A DNA stretch of 62,065 bases, filler included, from Clostridia bacterium (GTDB taxonomy: Bacteria; CBDUZB01; JAGLHV01), in assembly GCA_030637025.1 (NCBI GenBank). It is 4 parts of 4 records of this genome, joined end to end, with 100 filler letters (N's around TTAATTAATTAA, not from the genome) between each part and the next. Parts side by side here need not be neighbours in the genome. Positions count along the whole stretch, not along the records: positions 46,507 to 62,065 come from DAOVVV010000045.1; 3 more parts are not named here. One strand, given 5' to 3'. The notes beneath the pieces were generated by a model. That model had not been told where the DNA came from. It was given only the letters and a program-made list of their open reading frames with translations, and made no database searches. Numbering within the stretch: the stretch's first letter is position 1; each line of letters opens with the position of its first letter. The position numbers and the translations under genes were made by a program. Of this stretch, positions 47,585-57,841 are shown one piece after another.

Positions 47585-49240
47585 ATGGAAGAGTTGACCC
47601 AGGAAAAAGAGTGGAAAAGAAGTATGGGTTTACAGAAGAAAGCAATTATTTATATTGGTGGTTTAATAATTTTTATCTCAACAATACTTAGTATTTTTTT
47701 TATTGTGCAGTATAGGAAACAAGTATATCGTAGTTTAGGAGAACGGGGACTTGCTTTGGCCAAAAATTTAGCTTATAACAGTGAATATGGGATTTCTATT
47801 GCTAATGAAGATATACTAAGTAAACTTATTGAAAGCATTGTTCAGGTTCAGGAAAAAGAAGTGGTTTATGTTGCTATTCAGGATAAATACGGGAAAATAA
47901 TAGCCAGTAATAATATTAAGGAAATGCTTGATTTGTTCGAGGGAGAAAAAAATAAAAAGGCTTTGCAACTGGTTATTCCCAAAGCAATATTTTATGAGAT
48001 AAACAAGAACACTATATTAGATATTATTGTTCCTGTGTATACAAGGGGAGAAGACTTATTATTGTCGGAGGTCTCTTTGTTTTCCGGTAAAAAAGAAGAC
48101 GGGATATTTGGAAATAAAATAGGTGTTGTCCGGGTGGGTCTTTCCTTAGAGAATGCTGTTTTAGAAACTAGAAAAATACAAGTGATTACTTTTTTATCAA
48201 CGGTTTTAACAATTATAATTTGTTTTGTACTTTCCTTTATTTTTATAAATAGAATAATTGTTCCCATCAAAGAATTATTAAAAGGGACAGAAAAGGTTGC
48301 CAAGGGGGATTTATCCTGCTGGATTAAAATAAAGGAGGAAAATGAAATAGGCCTGTTGGCTAAAGGATTTAATTTAATGACTAGAAGTTTGAATTCTTTA
48401 GTTGTTCAGCTTCGTAATGCTGCTTTACAGATAACTTCAAGTTCAGGAGAAATATTGTCTGCTTCTGAGCAGCAATCCAGTGGTGCCAGTGAGCAGGCAG
48501 CATCAGTAGCAGAAACTACGGCTACAGTGGAAGAATTAGCGGCTACTTCTAAAAATATTGCTTACACCTCTGATTCATTAGTTAAAAAAGCAGAAGCGAC
48601 TTTAGATGTGACCCGTGAAGGAGAAAAAGCAATAAGAGAAACAATGCAGGGAATGAGTGAAATAAAGTTGAAAACGCAGGAATCAGCCAAAAATATTTTA
48701 GCATTAGGAGAAAAATCGCAAAGGATAGGCAGGGTTATTGAAATTATAGATGATATAGCCGACCAAACTAATTTATTAGCTTTGAATGCTGCTATTGAGG
48801 CGGCCCGGGCAGGAGAGGCAGGAAAGGGTTTTGCGATAGTTGCAGTAGAGGTAAAAAAATTAGCGGAAAATGTAGTAATATCTACTAAGCAAGTAAAAGA
48901 AGTAATTAGTGAAATTCAATCTTCTACTAATAAATCAATTATGGTTACAGAGGAAGGAATAAAAGGAGTAGAAAGAGGAGTAGTGTTATCACATAAAGCC
49001 GGAAGAGTTCTGGAAGAAATATTAGAAATGATAAAAGAAGCTAATATTTCAGCCAAACAAATTGGTTTGGCTACACAACAACAAAGAAGTGCTACCGATC
49101 AGGTAGCGATAGCTATGAAACAAATTGCAGAAGTGTCTAATCAATCAGTTATTTCTTCTAAACAGGTAACTTCTGCTACGCGTCAGTTAGGATTGTTAGC
49201 AGAGAAATTGAGAGAAATGGTGGGAAAGTTTAAAGTATAA
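47585..49240 (+). CDS. Methyl-accepting chemotaxis protein (2 TM, HAMP)
   Basis: IADQTNLLALNAAIEAARAGEAGKGFAIVA. Confidence 0.95.
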   Translation: MEELTQEKEWKRSMGLQKKAIIYIGGLIIFISTILSIFFIVQYRKQVYRSLGERGLALAKNLAYNSEYGISIANEDILSKLIESIVQVQEKEVVYVAIQDKYGKIIASNNIKEMLDLFEGEKNKKALQLVIPKAIFYEINKNTILDIIVPVYTRGEDLLLSEVSLFSGKKEDGIFGNKIGVVRVGLSLENAVLETRKIQVITFLSTVLTIIICFVLSFIFINRIIVPIKELLKGTEKVAKGDLSCWIKIKEENEIGLLAKGFNLMTRSLNSLVVQLRNAALQITSSSGEILSASEQQSSGASEQAASVAETTATVEELAATSKNIAYTSDSLVKKAEATLDVTREGEKAIRETMQGMSEIKLKTQESAKNILALGEKSQRIGRVIEIIDDIADQTNLLALNAAIEAARAGEAGKGFAIVAVEVKKLAENVVISTKQVKEVISEIQSSTNKSIMVTEEGIKGVERGVVLSHKAGRVLEEILEMIKEANISAKQIGLATQQQRSATDQVAIAMKQIAEVSNQSVISSKQVTSATRQLGLLAEKLREMVGKFKV

Positions 49241-49316
49241 TCATAAAAACTATTTAAGTATATAAGTGGGGTTGGATATAAACTTGTAAATATATTTATT
49301 TTCGGGGAAATAAAAA

Positions 49317-51623
49317 ATGGAAAAAAGTTTTGATCGAAATATGTTTTTAGATAAATTCAAGGAAGAAACCAAAGAACATCTTCGGAAATTAAATCAGGAC
49401 TTGGTAATCCTGGAAAACGATTCTGAAAATGCAGAAATACTTGAAGAATTGGAACGGGAAGTACATACACTGAAGGGTTCAGCTAAAATGATGGGGTATA
49501 ATGACATAGCGGAAATAACTCATAAGATGGAAGATATTTTTGGGTTATTAAAGCAGAAAAACATTGATTTTAAAAAACAAATGGTGGATATTTTATTCGA
49601 ATCTCTGGATGCAGTGGATGATTTACTAAGTGCTCTTCTAAAAGGAGAAAAACATGATGTTAAGGTAAAGTATATTTGCAGAAAATTAGAAAAAATTAGT
49701 AAAGGTGAAGAAATTCTTTCCTCTGATTTTAATAAAAGAGAAGCAATAAAAAAGAAGAAAACAATAAGAACAAAAATAGAAAAGAAGGAAGAAAAGCGAA
49801 AAGTAGAAGAAAAAGTAGAAGAAAAAGTAGAAGAAAAAGTAGAAGAAAAGAAAGAAAGAAAAGAGAGAAGAAAAGTTTCTTTTCCCTCGAGAGAGATATC
49901 GGAAACTATTCGGGTAGATACCTCAAAAATGGATAAGTTAGTAAATCTTATGGGGGAAGTTGTCGTGATGCAGATAAAATCTGAACGGTATCTTGCCAGA
50001 ATGAAAGGGTTAAAATATTTAGCTGAAAAACAGGTTTTTTTGTGGGAAAAAATATATAAAAACAGAATTCAAAAAGGCAATCTTGATTCCAAAGAATTAG
50101 AAATGATTTTTAATGAGATTAATAATAAAAATGTGCAATTGAGGGATGAAAGTGTTCTTATTTTTAAAGAAAATAGTGAGAATTCCCGGCAAAAGGGGTT
50201 GATTATTGATTCTTTACAACGTAAATTAATGGCGGTGAGAATGCTTCCCCTTTCGACAGTCTTTGATTTTTTTCCCCGGGCAATTCGGGATTTAGCTAAA
50301 GAATATGGTAAAGAAATAGAATTAGAAATAGAGGGAGAAAACATAGAATTAGATAAAAAGATATTAGAAGAAATTAAAGATCCCCTAATCCATCTTGTAC
50401 GTAATGCAGTGGACCATGGGATAGAAGAATTAAAAGAACGCCGGAGTTTAAATAAACCGTTTGTGGGTAAAGTGAAACTTTTTGCCCGTCAGGAGGGCGG
50501 ACGGGTATATATTTATCTGGAAGATGACGGAAGAGGTATAGATGTAGAAAGATTAAAAGAAATAGCCCTTAAAAAAGGATTCATTGATAAAAATATTTTT
50601 GAAAAAATTAGTGATAGGGAAGCAATGTATCTCCTTTTCGAACCTGGATTAAGCACAAGCCCGATTATTACAGATGTTTCCGGCCGGGGTATAGGAATGG
50701 ACGTAGTAAAGAGTAAAATTGAAGGATTAAAAGGGATGGTTTTAATTGAATCAGAGAAAGGAAAAGGAACAAAATTTTCACTTTCTTTGCCTTTAACTTT
50801 GGCTACTACCCGGGTACTTCTTGTAGAATTGGAGGGAGGAGATGTTTTTGCTATTCCCATTGCTTCTATAGAAACAGTAAATAAGGTTTATTTCCGAGAT
50901 ATTGTTTATGTGGAAGGAAAAGAAGCTTTTAGATTGGGGAGACGAGTAATTCCTTTAATAAAATTAAGCGATTTATTAGGGTTATCTGTTCAAGAAAATA
51001 AAAAGGATGAATTTTTTGTTGTGGTACTTAGTCATGCGAGGCAAAGAATAGGAGTTGTGGTGGATAAACTAATGGAAGAAGAAGAAATAGTTATAAAAAA
51101 TTTAGGTAATTTTTTAAAAAGAATTAAAAACATAACCGGGACTACTTTATTAGAAAGCGGAAAAGTAGTATTAGTGCTAAATGTTTCGGAAATAATACAT
51201 CTGGCAAGTATGATTGATAAGGTAAAAGTTTTTCGTAGTCGGGAAAAAAAGAAAAAAATACCATCAATTTTAGTAGTGGAAGATTCTCTAACTACACGGG
51301 AATTAGAACGGAATATTATAGAATCGGCAGGGTACAATGTGGAAGCAGCAATAGATGGGGTGGAGGCTACCGAAAAATTAGACGGTAAAAAATTTGATTT
51401 GTTAATAACTGATGTTCAAATGCCCCGAATGAATGGATTTCAATTAACATCTTGGGTAAAGAAAAAAGAAAAACATAAAGATATGCCGGTAATTATTGTG
51501 ACTTCTTTAGAGAAAGAAGAAGAAAAGAAAAAAGGTATTAAAGCAGGGGCGCAGGCTTATATTGTTAAATCATCCTTTGACCAAACTACCTTATTGGATA
51601 CAATAGAAAGATTGATTAAGTAA
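49317..51623 (+). CDS. cheA: Hybrid CheA with C-terminal receiver (WspE-like)
   Basis: HTLKGS, HLVRNAVDHG, DDGRG, SGRGIGMDVV, terminal REC. Confidence 0.95.
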   Translation: MEKSFDRNMFLDKFKEETKEHLRKLNQDLVILENDSENAEILEELEREVHTLKGSAKMMGYNDIAEITHKMEDIFGLLKQKNIDFKKQMVDILFESLDAVDDLLSALLKGEKHDVKVKYICRKLEKISKGEEILSSDFNKREAIKKKKTIRTKIEKKEEKRKVEEKVEEKVEEKVEEKKERKERRKVSFPSREISETIRVDTSKMDKLVNLMGEVVVMQIKSERYLARMKGLKYLAEKQVFLWEKIYKNRIQKGNLDSKELEMIFNEINNKNVQLRDESVLIFKENSENSRQKGLIIDSLQRKLMAVRMLPLSTVFDFFPRAIRDLAKEYGKEIELEIEGENIELDKKILEEIKDPLIHLVRNAVDHGIEELKERRSLNKPFVGKVKLFARQEGGRVYIYLEDDGRGIDVERLKEIALKKGFIDKNIFEKISDREAMYLLFEPGLSTSPIITDVSGRGIGMDVVKSKIEGLKGMVLIESEKGKGTKFSLSLPLTLATTRVLLVELEGGDVFAIPIASIETVNKVYFRDIVYVEGKEAFRLGRRVIPLIKLSDLLGLSVQENKKDEFFVVVLSHARQRIGVVVDKLMEEEEIVIKNLGNFLKRIKNITGTTLLESGKVVLVLNVSEIIHLASMIDKVKVFRSREKKKKIPSILVVEDSLTTRELERNIIESAGYNVEAAIDGVEATEKLDGKKFDLLITDVQMPRMNGFQLTSWVKKKEKHKDMPVIIVTSLEKEEEKKKGIKAGAQAYIVKSSFDQTTLLDTIERLIK

Positions 51624-51715
51624 AGAAGAGGGTTATAAAGATAAAATACTGCGAGCGAAAGGGGTTTTGCCCTAGACTGAGTTAGTTTTATAAATATATA
51701 CCAGGGAGAATTATT

Positions 51716-52765
51716 GTGAGTGGTAAAATTAGAGTAGTTATTACTGATGATTCATTAATAGCCCGAGAATTAATTAGAAAGATTCTGGAAACAGATGATC
51801 AAATTGAGATAGTAGGAGTGGCTAAAAACGGAAAAGAAGCGGTGGAAATGGTTTCTGCTTTAAAACCAGATATAATAACATTAGATCTAAGAATGCCGGT
51901 AATGGATGGGTTCAAAGCGATTGAACAAATAATGGCTTTTAATCCTACACCTATTTTAGTGATTACAGCAACTTCTTTTAAGAAAAAACAGGAAATAGTT
52001 TTTGAAGCATTAGCTTTGGGAGCTTTGGATATAGTAGTTAAGCCATCTCCTGAGATGTGGGTTGATTTTTCTCGTGCAGGAGGAGAGTTAATTAAAAAAT
52101 TAAAAATACTTTCCGGGATACCCGTAGTTACTCATCTTCAAGGGAAAAAGAAAAGTTTAAAAAAGATTACTCTCCCTGGAAATCTTAAAGGATTTAAAGT
52201 GATAGCTATTGGTGCTTCGACTGGGGGGCCACAGGCATTATTACGTATTCTTAGCCGTTTTCCCTCTGATTTTCCTGCAGGAATAGTTGTTGTTCAGCAT
52301 ATTGCTGCCGGTTTTACGGAAAGATTAGTTGAATGGTTAAATAAAAGTTGTAAAATTTCTGTCCAGGTAGCAAAGGATGGTCAAAAAGTTATTCCGGGAC
52401 AGGCTTTAATAGCAGCTAATGGAAATCATTCGATAATAGATGAAAACGGACTGGTAAAACTTAGTAAGTCTTCCCCTGTAAATGGGCATCGGCCTTCGAT
52501 TGATATTTTATTTTCTTCTGTTGCTTCGGTTTATAAATCAGATACTATTGGGATTATTCTTACCGGAATGGGAAAAGATGGAGTTGAGGGAATGAAAAGA
52601 ATAAAAAGGAGTGGAGGAAAAACAATTGCACAGGACAAAGAAAGTTGTGTAGTTTTTGGAATGCCTAAAGTTGCTATTGATAATATGAAAATAGATAAGA
52701 TTGTAACTTTAGATCGTATAGCAAGTGAAATAATTAACATTTTAAAGGAAGAAAAAGATGGTTAA
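51716..52765 (+). CDS. cheB: Chemotaxis methylesterase CheB
   Basis: REC + GASTGGP, VQH, LTGMGKDG, VVFGMP. Confidence 0.95.
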   Translation: MSGKIRVVITDDSLIARELIRKILETDDQIEIVGVAKNGKEAVEMVSALKPDIITLDLRMPVMDGFKAIEQIMAFNPTPILVITATSFKKKQEIVFEALALGALDIVVKPSPEMWVDFSRAGGELIKKLKILSGIPVVTHLQGKKKSLKKITLPGNLKGFKVIAIGASTGGPQALLRILSRFPSDFPAGIVVVQHIAAGFTERLVEWLNKSCKISVQVAKDGQKVIPGQALIAANGNHSIIDENGLVKLSKSSPVNGHRPSIDILFSSVASVYKSDTIGIILTGMGKDGVEGMKRIKRSGGKTIAQDKESCVVFGMPKVAIDNMKIDKIVTLDRIASEIINILKEEKDG

Positions 52766-53129
52766 AGGGAAAATATTGGTTATTGATGATAGCCCGACAG
52801 TAACAGCTATATCCAGGTGTACTTTAGAAAATGCTCAATATGAAGTGATTACTGCAATTAATGGGAGTGAGGGACTGGCTAAAGCCCGGAACGAAAAACC
52901 TGACCTGATAGTTCTTGATATTATACTTCCGGATTTAGATGGATATAAGGTTTTAGAGTTACTTAAGGGAGATCCCCAGACTAAATCTATTCCGGTATTA
53001 GTATATACTGCATTAGGAAAAGGAACTTTTTCTGAAATAGCTTTGGAACGCGGAGCTGTTGGTTTTATTTCAAAACCTTTTCAGGGAGAGGAATTAATTA
53101 GAAAAATAGAAAGACATATAAAAAAATAA
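52758..53129 (+). CDS. Single-domain response regulator
   Basis: IDD, VLDIILP, T, KPF. Confidence 0.9.
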   Translation: MVKGKILVIDDSPTVTAISRCTLENAQYEVITAINGSEGLAKARNEKPDLIVLDIILPDLDGYKVLELLKGDPQTKSIPVLVYTALGKGTFSEIALERGAVGFISKPFQGEELIRKIERHIKK

Positions 53130-53182
53130 AATAACTGAAGAAAGTGTCTATAGAAAAAAATTACAAATAAGAGGAAATAAAT

Positions 53183-54667
53183 ATGGATAATAGCAAAATT
53201 AAGATATTAATTGCAGATGATAGTCCTACGGTTGTAGAGATGATCCGATTTATTTTAGAAGAAAAGGGCTATACTACAGTAGTTGCTGCTGATGGGGTAG
53301 AGGCAATAAATAGGGTTTATCAGGAAAAACCGGATTTAATTTTGTTGGATATATTAATGCCTAAGATGAATGGTTATCAGGTTTGTCGCCTTTTAAAAGG
53401 AAATAAAGATACTGCTTTTATTCCGGTTATAATGTTGGCGGCTTCTGAACAAAAAAGCGATGAATTTTGGGGAATAGCAACCGGAGCAGATGAATTTTTT
53501 ACTAAAGATTTAGCCATGACCCAGCTTGCCGGTACAATTGAAAAAATTCTTAAGATTAAACCGTATTTAGATAGACAAGCTCCTTCCCGTCCTTTCAAGA
53601 AGAAAGAAATTTCCAGTGAAGAAATTCTTTCCCGCGTTAATAATTTACTGGATAAAAAACTTTTTGAATCTACAGTAATTAATGAAATTAGTAAAATAGC
53701 CAGTTCTATTTATGACTATGAGGAAACGGCAAAATCAATCTTAATTTTGTTAAGTAGAATTGTTTATTATGAGGTAGGGGCTTTATTAATAGAAGAAGTT
53801 GGAGAAAAAAAATTATCAATGTTATTAAATGCTGAAGTAAATGCAGACGTGGTTAAGAAAATTAGCAAAAAAATGATTGATGAAATAAACAAGGAAAAAC
53901 CTCAGGAAAAGAGAAAACTTGGTTCATTTAAAACTAAAATTTTTAATGAAGAATATCAGAAAGAAAGTGCAACTAAAAAGTTAAAAGCTTTTTTTAGTGT
54001 TACTTTAAAAGCAAGAGGAGGAATAATTGGGATATTAGCGTTGGCCAGTAGTAAGGAAAGTTCTTTTTCCAAAGAGAATTTAGACACTTTAACTTTAATG
54101 GCTGATCAAATTTCCATGGTAATTAACAATGTTTGTTTATATCAAAAAATAAATTATCTTTCTATAACCGATGGTTTAACGGAATTATATAATTATCGAT
54201 ATTTTCAGGATATGTTAAAAAGAGAGTTTGAAAGGGCTCGCAGATATGAATTTTATCTTTCTTTAATAATGATTGATATTGATCACTTTAAAAAAGTTAA
54301 TGATAGCTATGGTCATCAACAAGGAGATATAATATTAAGAGAATTGGGAATTAGGTTTAAAAAAGAAGTTCGGGAGCGATTGGATACTCCGGTCAGGTAC
54401 GGTGGGGAAGAATTTGCTTTTATTCTTCCTAATACAGGTAAAAAAGGAGCATTTGTAGTGGCAGATCGGATTAGAGAGAGAATTGCTGAATATAAATTTC
54501 CGGGAAGAGACAAACCTCTAAGAATTACTTTAAGCTTGGGAGTAGCAAGTTATCCGGCAAAGGGGATAGAAAAGTTTGCTGATTTGGTTAAAAAGGCAGA
54601 TGAAGCTTTATATCGTTCAAAACAGGAGGGAAGAAACAAGGTTTCTGTTTATGAAGAAAAAAAATAA
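53183..54667 (+). CDS. REC-GAF-GGDEF diguanylate cyclase (WspR-like output)
   Basis: DGLTELYN, DIDHFKKVNDSYGHQQGD, RYGGEEF. Confidence 0.93.
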   Translation: MDNSKIKILIADDSPTVVEMIRFILEEKGYTTVVAADGVEAINRVYQEKPDLILLDILMPKMNGYQVCRLLKGNKDTAFIPVIMLAASEQKSDEFWGIATGADEFFTKDLAMTQLAGTIEKILKIKPYLDRQAPSRPFKKKEISSEEILSRVNNLLDKKLFESTVINEISKIASSIYDYEETAKSILILLSRIVYYEVGALLIEEVGEKKLSMLLNAEVNADVVKKISKKMIDEINKEKPQEKRKLGSFKTKIFNEEYQKESATKKLKAFFSVTLKARGGIIGILALASSKESSFSKENLDTLTLMADQISMVINNVCLYQKINYLSITDGLTELYNYRYFQDMLKREFERARRYEFYLSLIMIDIDHFKKVNDSYGHQQGDIILRELGIRFKKEVRERLDTPVRYGGEEFAFILPNTGKKGAFVVADRIRERIAEYKFPGRDKPLRITLSLGVASYPAKGIEKFADLVKKADEALYRSKQEGRNKVSVYEEKK

Positions 54668-54684
54668 TAGGGAGGCAGATTTTT

Positions 54685-56199
54685 ATGCAGGATGAATACA
54701 TAAGAGCATTAATTGCTGTAGCAATAATTATTGGGATAGGACTAGGGATTTATTTATTAGTTTATTTTTTATTGTTTAAAAGACGAGGGGGTCGTCCTTC
54801 CAGGGTAAATTTTTTTTGGGGTTTATTCATCGGATTAATGAGTATAAGATATTTTATTTTTTTAGGACCGCAAGGGATAATATTTAAGCCGTTAGATTTT
54901 ATTGTTTTTCTAATTGGTGGTTATATAATAGTTAAAATATGTGATTTTTATCTAATAGAAAGAAAGATAGAAACAGGAGAAATTACTTTCCCTTCAAAAT
55001 GGCATAAGGCAATTCGAAGATTGAGTTATTGTTTATTGGCTTTTATCAGTGCTTTAATAATGTGGAAGGGTGATTTTCTTCCCTGGTTTGTTCTCTTTGG
55101 GATAGTAGTTATTGTTGTGACTGTTGCTTTACAGGATTGGTTGCAATCTGCCGTTAATGGGTTGCAATGGGGGAAGCTTTTTGAGGTAGGTAATTGGCTT
55201 GTTGTAGGGGATAAAGAGGGAAAAGTTGTTGAAGTAAATTTACAAGGCTTAAAATTACAAACAGAAGATTTTAACTCTTTATTTATTCCTTCTGCCGTTC
55301 TTGCTAAAGAAAAAGTAATAGATTATGGATTATCTACACAAAGACATAATTGTGTAGTTGAAATGGATGTAAATTCTTCGGTGCCTCCTGATAAAGTGAA
55401 GGAACTGTTAGTACAAGGTATTTCTGAAATTCAGGGGGTTAGTAAGCTTCCTTCCCCGCAGGTTTTGATAATTTCATTTGGCAATCTTTGGATAAAATAT
55501 AAATTGACTTTTTGGATAGAAAATTTTTCTGAGCGAAGAAAAATAATATCTAAGGCCTATAATTTAATTTGGTATTATTTTAAAAGGGAAGAAATAGAAA
55601 ATCCTGCCCTTGTTTATGATATATATGCTCATATAATTTCACCGGAAGAAAAAGCCAGGAAAAAATCACAGGAAATTTTGTACAAAAAAGAAATACTTAA
55701 AAGAATAAGGTTTTTGTCTGTTTTTACTGAAGAAGCTTTGGCTAAAGTAGTAGAAAAATCAAAAAAACGACTTTTTTTAAAAGGAGAAACAATAGTTAAA
55801 CAAGATCAAAAGGGAGATTTTTTATTTATCGTTTTATCGGGTAAAATTAATTTGAGCAGTAAAAAGAAAGGTTTAAATAAAGAGTTTTTTTCTACTTGTT
55901 TGGGACCTGGAGATTTTTTTGGGGAAATGTCTGTTTTTATTGATGAAGAGAGTTTATCTACGATAACCATAGAAGAAAGAAGTGAGTGCTTACTTTTAGA
56001 CAGGGAAAGCATAAAAAACGGTTTGATTACTAATGCCGCGATTGTCCAACCTATAAGTGAAATTTTAGCGGAAATACAAGCACATCAAAAAGAGAGGATA
56101 GAAAAAGAACTGGATAAAGTAGAAAATATTGTTTCTATGGACCAGAGAATTAAGAATATAGCTTTAAAAATAAAAGAAGTTTTTAAAATACTGCAATAG
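54685..56199 (+). CDS. MscS-family channel with C-terminal cNMP-binding domain
   Basis: ALQD, FEVGNW, GKVVEV, IPSAVL; LGPGDFFGEMS. Confidence 0.85.
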   Translation: MQDEYIRALIAVAIIIGIGLGIYLLVYFLLFKRRGGRPSRVNFFWGLFIGLMSIRYFIFLGPQGIIFKPLDFIVFLIGGYIIVKICDFYLIERKIETGEITFPSKWHKAIRRLSYCLLAFISALIMWKGDFLPWFVLFGIVVIVVTVALQDWLQSAVNGLQWGKLFEVGNWLVVGDKEGKVVEVNLQGLKLQTEDFNSLFIPSAVLAKEKVIDYGLSTQRHNCVVEMDVNSSVPPDKVKELLVQGISEIQGVSKLPSPQVLIISFGNLWIKYKLTFWIENFSERRKIISKAYNLIWYYFKREEIENPALVYDIYAHIISPEEKARKKSQEILYKKEILKRIRFLSVFTEEALAKVVEKSKKRLFLKGETIVKQDQKGDFLFIVLSGKINLSSKKKGLNKEFFSTCLGPGDFFGEMSVFIDEESLSTITIEERSECLLLDRESIKNGLITNAAIVQPISEILAEIQAHQKERIEKELDKVENIVSMDQRIKNIALKIKEVFKILQ

Positions 56200-56230
56200 A
56201 AAAGTATCTTGTATGGGCAATCTTTTTATT

Positions 56231-56373
56231 CAGACTGTGTCACAATCCCCTTTTTTGTAGTCGCAGGTTTTTTTCCAAATCCGCCTGAGGTTGAGCGGAC
56301 AAGTCGCTCGCGGAAAAGCTTCGACGATAACGTTGCGGCTACCACATAAAAATATGAGTTATGACTCAGTTTG
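56231..56373. mobile_element. MITE-like element
   Basis: 15-bp TIRs CAGACTGTGTCACAA / TTATGACTCAGTTTG (12/15), ATT on both flanks, internal GTAG...CTAC palindrome. Confidence 0.55.
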
Positions 56374-56473
56374 ATTCTCAAGTATCCGGATAATTTAGAG
56401 AAGCAGTCAGGAAAACGGTAACAATAATAGTAAAAGAAAATAAAGGATTAATAACCTACATAAAGGAAATAGC

Positions 56474-57238
56474 GTGCTTTTAGTAATAGATATAGGTAAT
56501 AGTAATATTGTTTTTGGAGTCTATCAGAAAGAATCATTATTGCATACTTGGCGGAAAGTTACCGGGAAAAAAGTAATTTCAGGCAACTACTCTAAAGACC
56601 TTCTAAGAGAGTTAGACTTTAAAAAAATCAGGAAAGAAGAGATTAATGGGATAGAAATTGCCTGTGTAGTTCCTTCTCTTTTACCTGATTTTAAAAAGTG
56701 GTGTAAAGATTTTTTTTCAGTAAATCCATGTGTGGTGAAACCGGAAGAAAACGCATATGTTAGAATTTTATGTGATAATCCCTCTGAAGTAGGAGCAGAC
56801 CGTATTGTAAATGCTGTTGCGGGTTATAGTAAATACGGAGGACCTTTAATCATTGTAGATTTTGGTACTGCTACTACTTTTGATATAATAGGTATTAAAG
56901 GTGAATATCTGGGAGGAGTTATTGTTCCCGGGATAGGAATTTCAGCAGAAGTGTTATTTGAAAAAGCGGAAAAACTTCCTTTAGTAAAACCATTAAAACC
57001 GGACAAGGTGGTGGGTAAAAATACAGAAGAAAGTATCCAGGCAGGCTTGTTTTTTGGAGCTATAGGGCAGGTAAAGGAAATTATCAGTAGGATTAAAAAA
57101 GAAATTAATATTTCTCCTAAGGTAATTGTTACCGGAGGATATGCTGAATTAATGAAAAGGGAGATAAAAGAAGTAATAATTGATGCTTGTTTAACTCTGG
57201 AAGGGTTAAGGATTATATATGAGAAAAACAGGCAATAA
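56474..57238 (+). CDS. coaX: Type III pantothenate kinase
   Basis: IDIGNSN, VGADR, VDFGTATT, TGG. Confidence 0.95.
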   Translation: MLLVIDIGNSNIVFGVYQKESLLHTWRKVTGKKVISGNYSKDLLRELDFKKIRKEEINGIEIACVVPSLLPDFKKWCKDFFSVNPCVVKPEENAYVRILCDNPSEVGADRIVNAVAGYSKYGGPLIIVDFGTATTFDIIGIKGEYLGGVIVPGIGISAEVLFEKAEKLPLVKPLKPDKVVGKNTEESIQAGLFFGAIGQVKEIISRIKKEINISPKVIVTGGYAELMKREIKEVIIDACLTLEGLRIIYEKNRQ

Positions 57239-57246
57239 AATTAAAT

Positions 57247-57326
57247 TGTGTATAATGTGGATAACTTTGGGGATAAAACGAATAATTTATCCACAAATAT
57301 TCATTATTAGTATTTTTTTTGCATAA
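57247..57326. promoter_or_regulatory. DnaA-box cluster
   Basis: TGTGTATAA 57247, TGTGGATAA 57256, TGGGGATAA 57268, TTATCCACA 57287, weaker TTTGCATAA 57318. Confidence 0.75.
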
Positions 57327-57414
57327 GTTGTTTTTAGATAAGGGATTGATATATGGTTGAGTAATATCATGGTTTTACTCTCCGCCATAAACTTGAACTT
57401 TATGCTCAGATTTA

Positions 57415-57508
57415 TGGCGGAGAGGGAGAGATTTGAACTCTCGCTAGCCCTTAACAGGCTACTACAGGTTTAGCAAACCCGCCCCTTCAGCCACTTGGGT
57501 ACCTCTCC
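57415..57508 (-). tRNA. tRNA-Ser(GCT)
   Basis: GGAGAGG acceptor, GCT anticodon, long variable arm, TTCAAAT, GCCA end. Confidence 0.95.
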
Positions 57509-57587
57509 TCACCATTTCTTTCGGTAATGTTAGCAAAATAAAAAGTATTTGTCAATACTGATTTAGAATTGTGTCATTTAAGAAATC

Positions 57588-57672
57588 AACTACCCCGCAG
57601 CAAGCTGCGGACCGTTCTAATCCCTTCAAGGGAGTTTATGCTGAGCAAAACGAAGTACTCAGGATAAACTCA
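57588..57672. repeat. Clustered palindromes (IS200/605-end-like CCGCAGC-AA-GCTGCGG and REP-like GAGTTTATGCTGAG...CTCAGGATAAACTC)
   Basis: Inverted repeats seen directly; no transposase nearby. Confidence 0.45.
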
Positions 57673-57841
57673 GCTGAAATGAGCAGGATTAATTCGACTA
57701 CAGAATTTTTGTCAGCGTAGCTGAAAAACTCTAAGTCTCATTGAATTAAAAAAATTAAGATTGACTTTTTGTGTTTCCTGTGTTAATTTTTTAATAAGAG
57801 AGTAAATTTTAAATTGTTAAAAAAATAGAAGGTTAATTAGA

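Noticed and set aside
49800-49847. 12-bp x4 repeat (KVEE) in cheA as a phase-variation switch
   Set aside because: In-frame unit in a low-complexity linker; copy change would not shift the frame.
53183-54667. GGDEF protein as the cGAMP synthase for the A20 riboswitch
   Set aside because: Has Asp (GHQQGD), not the Ser of Hypr GGDEF enzymes.
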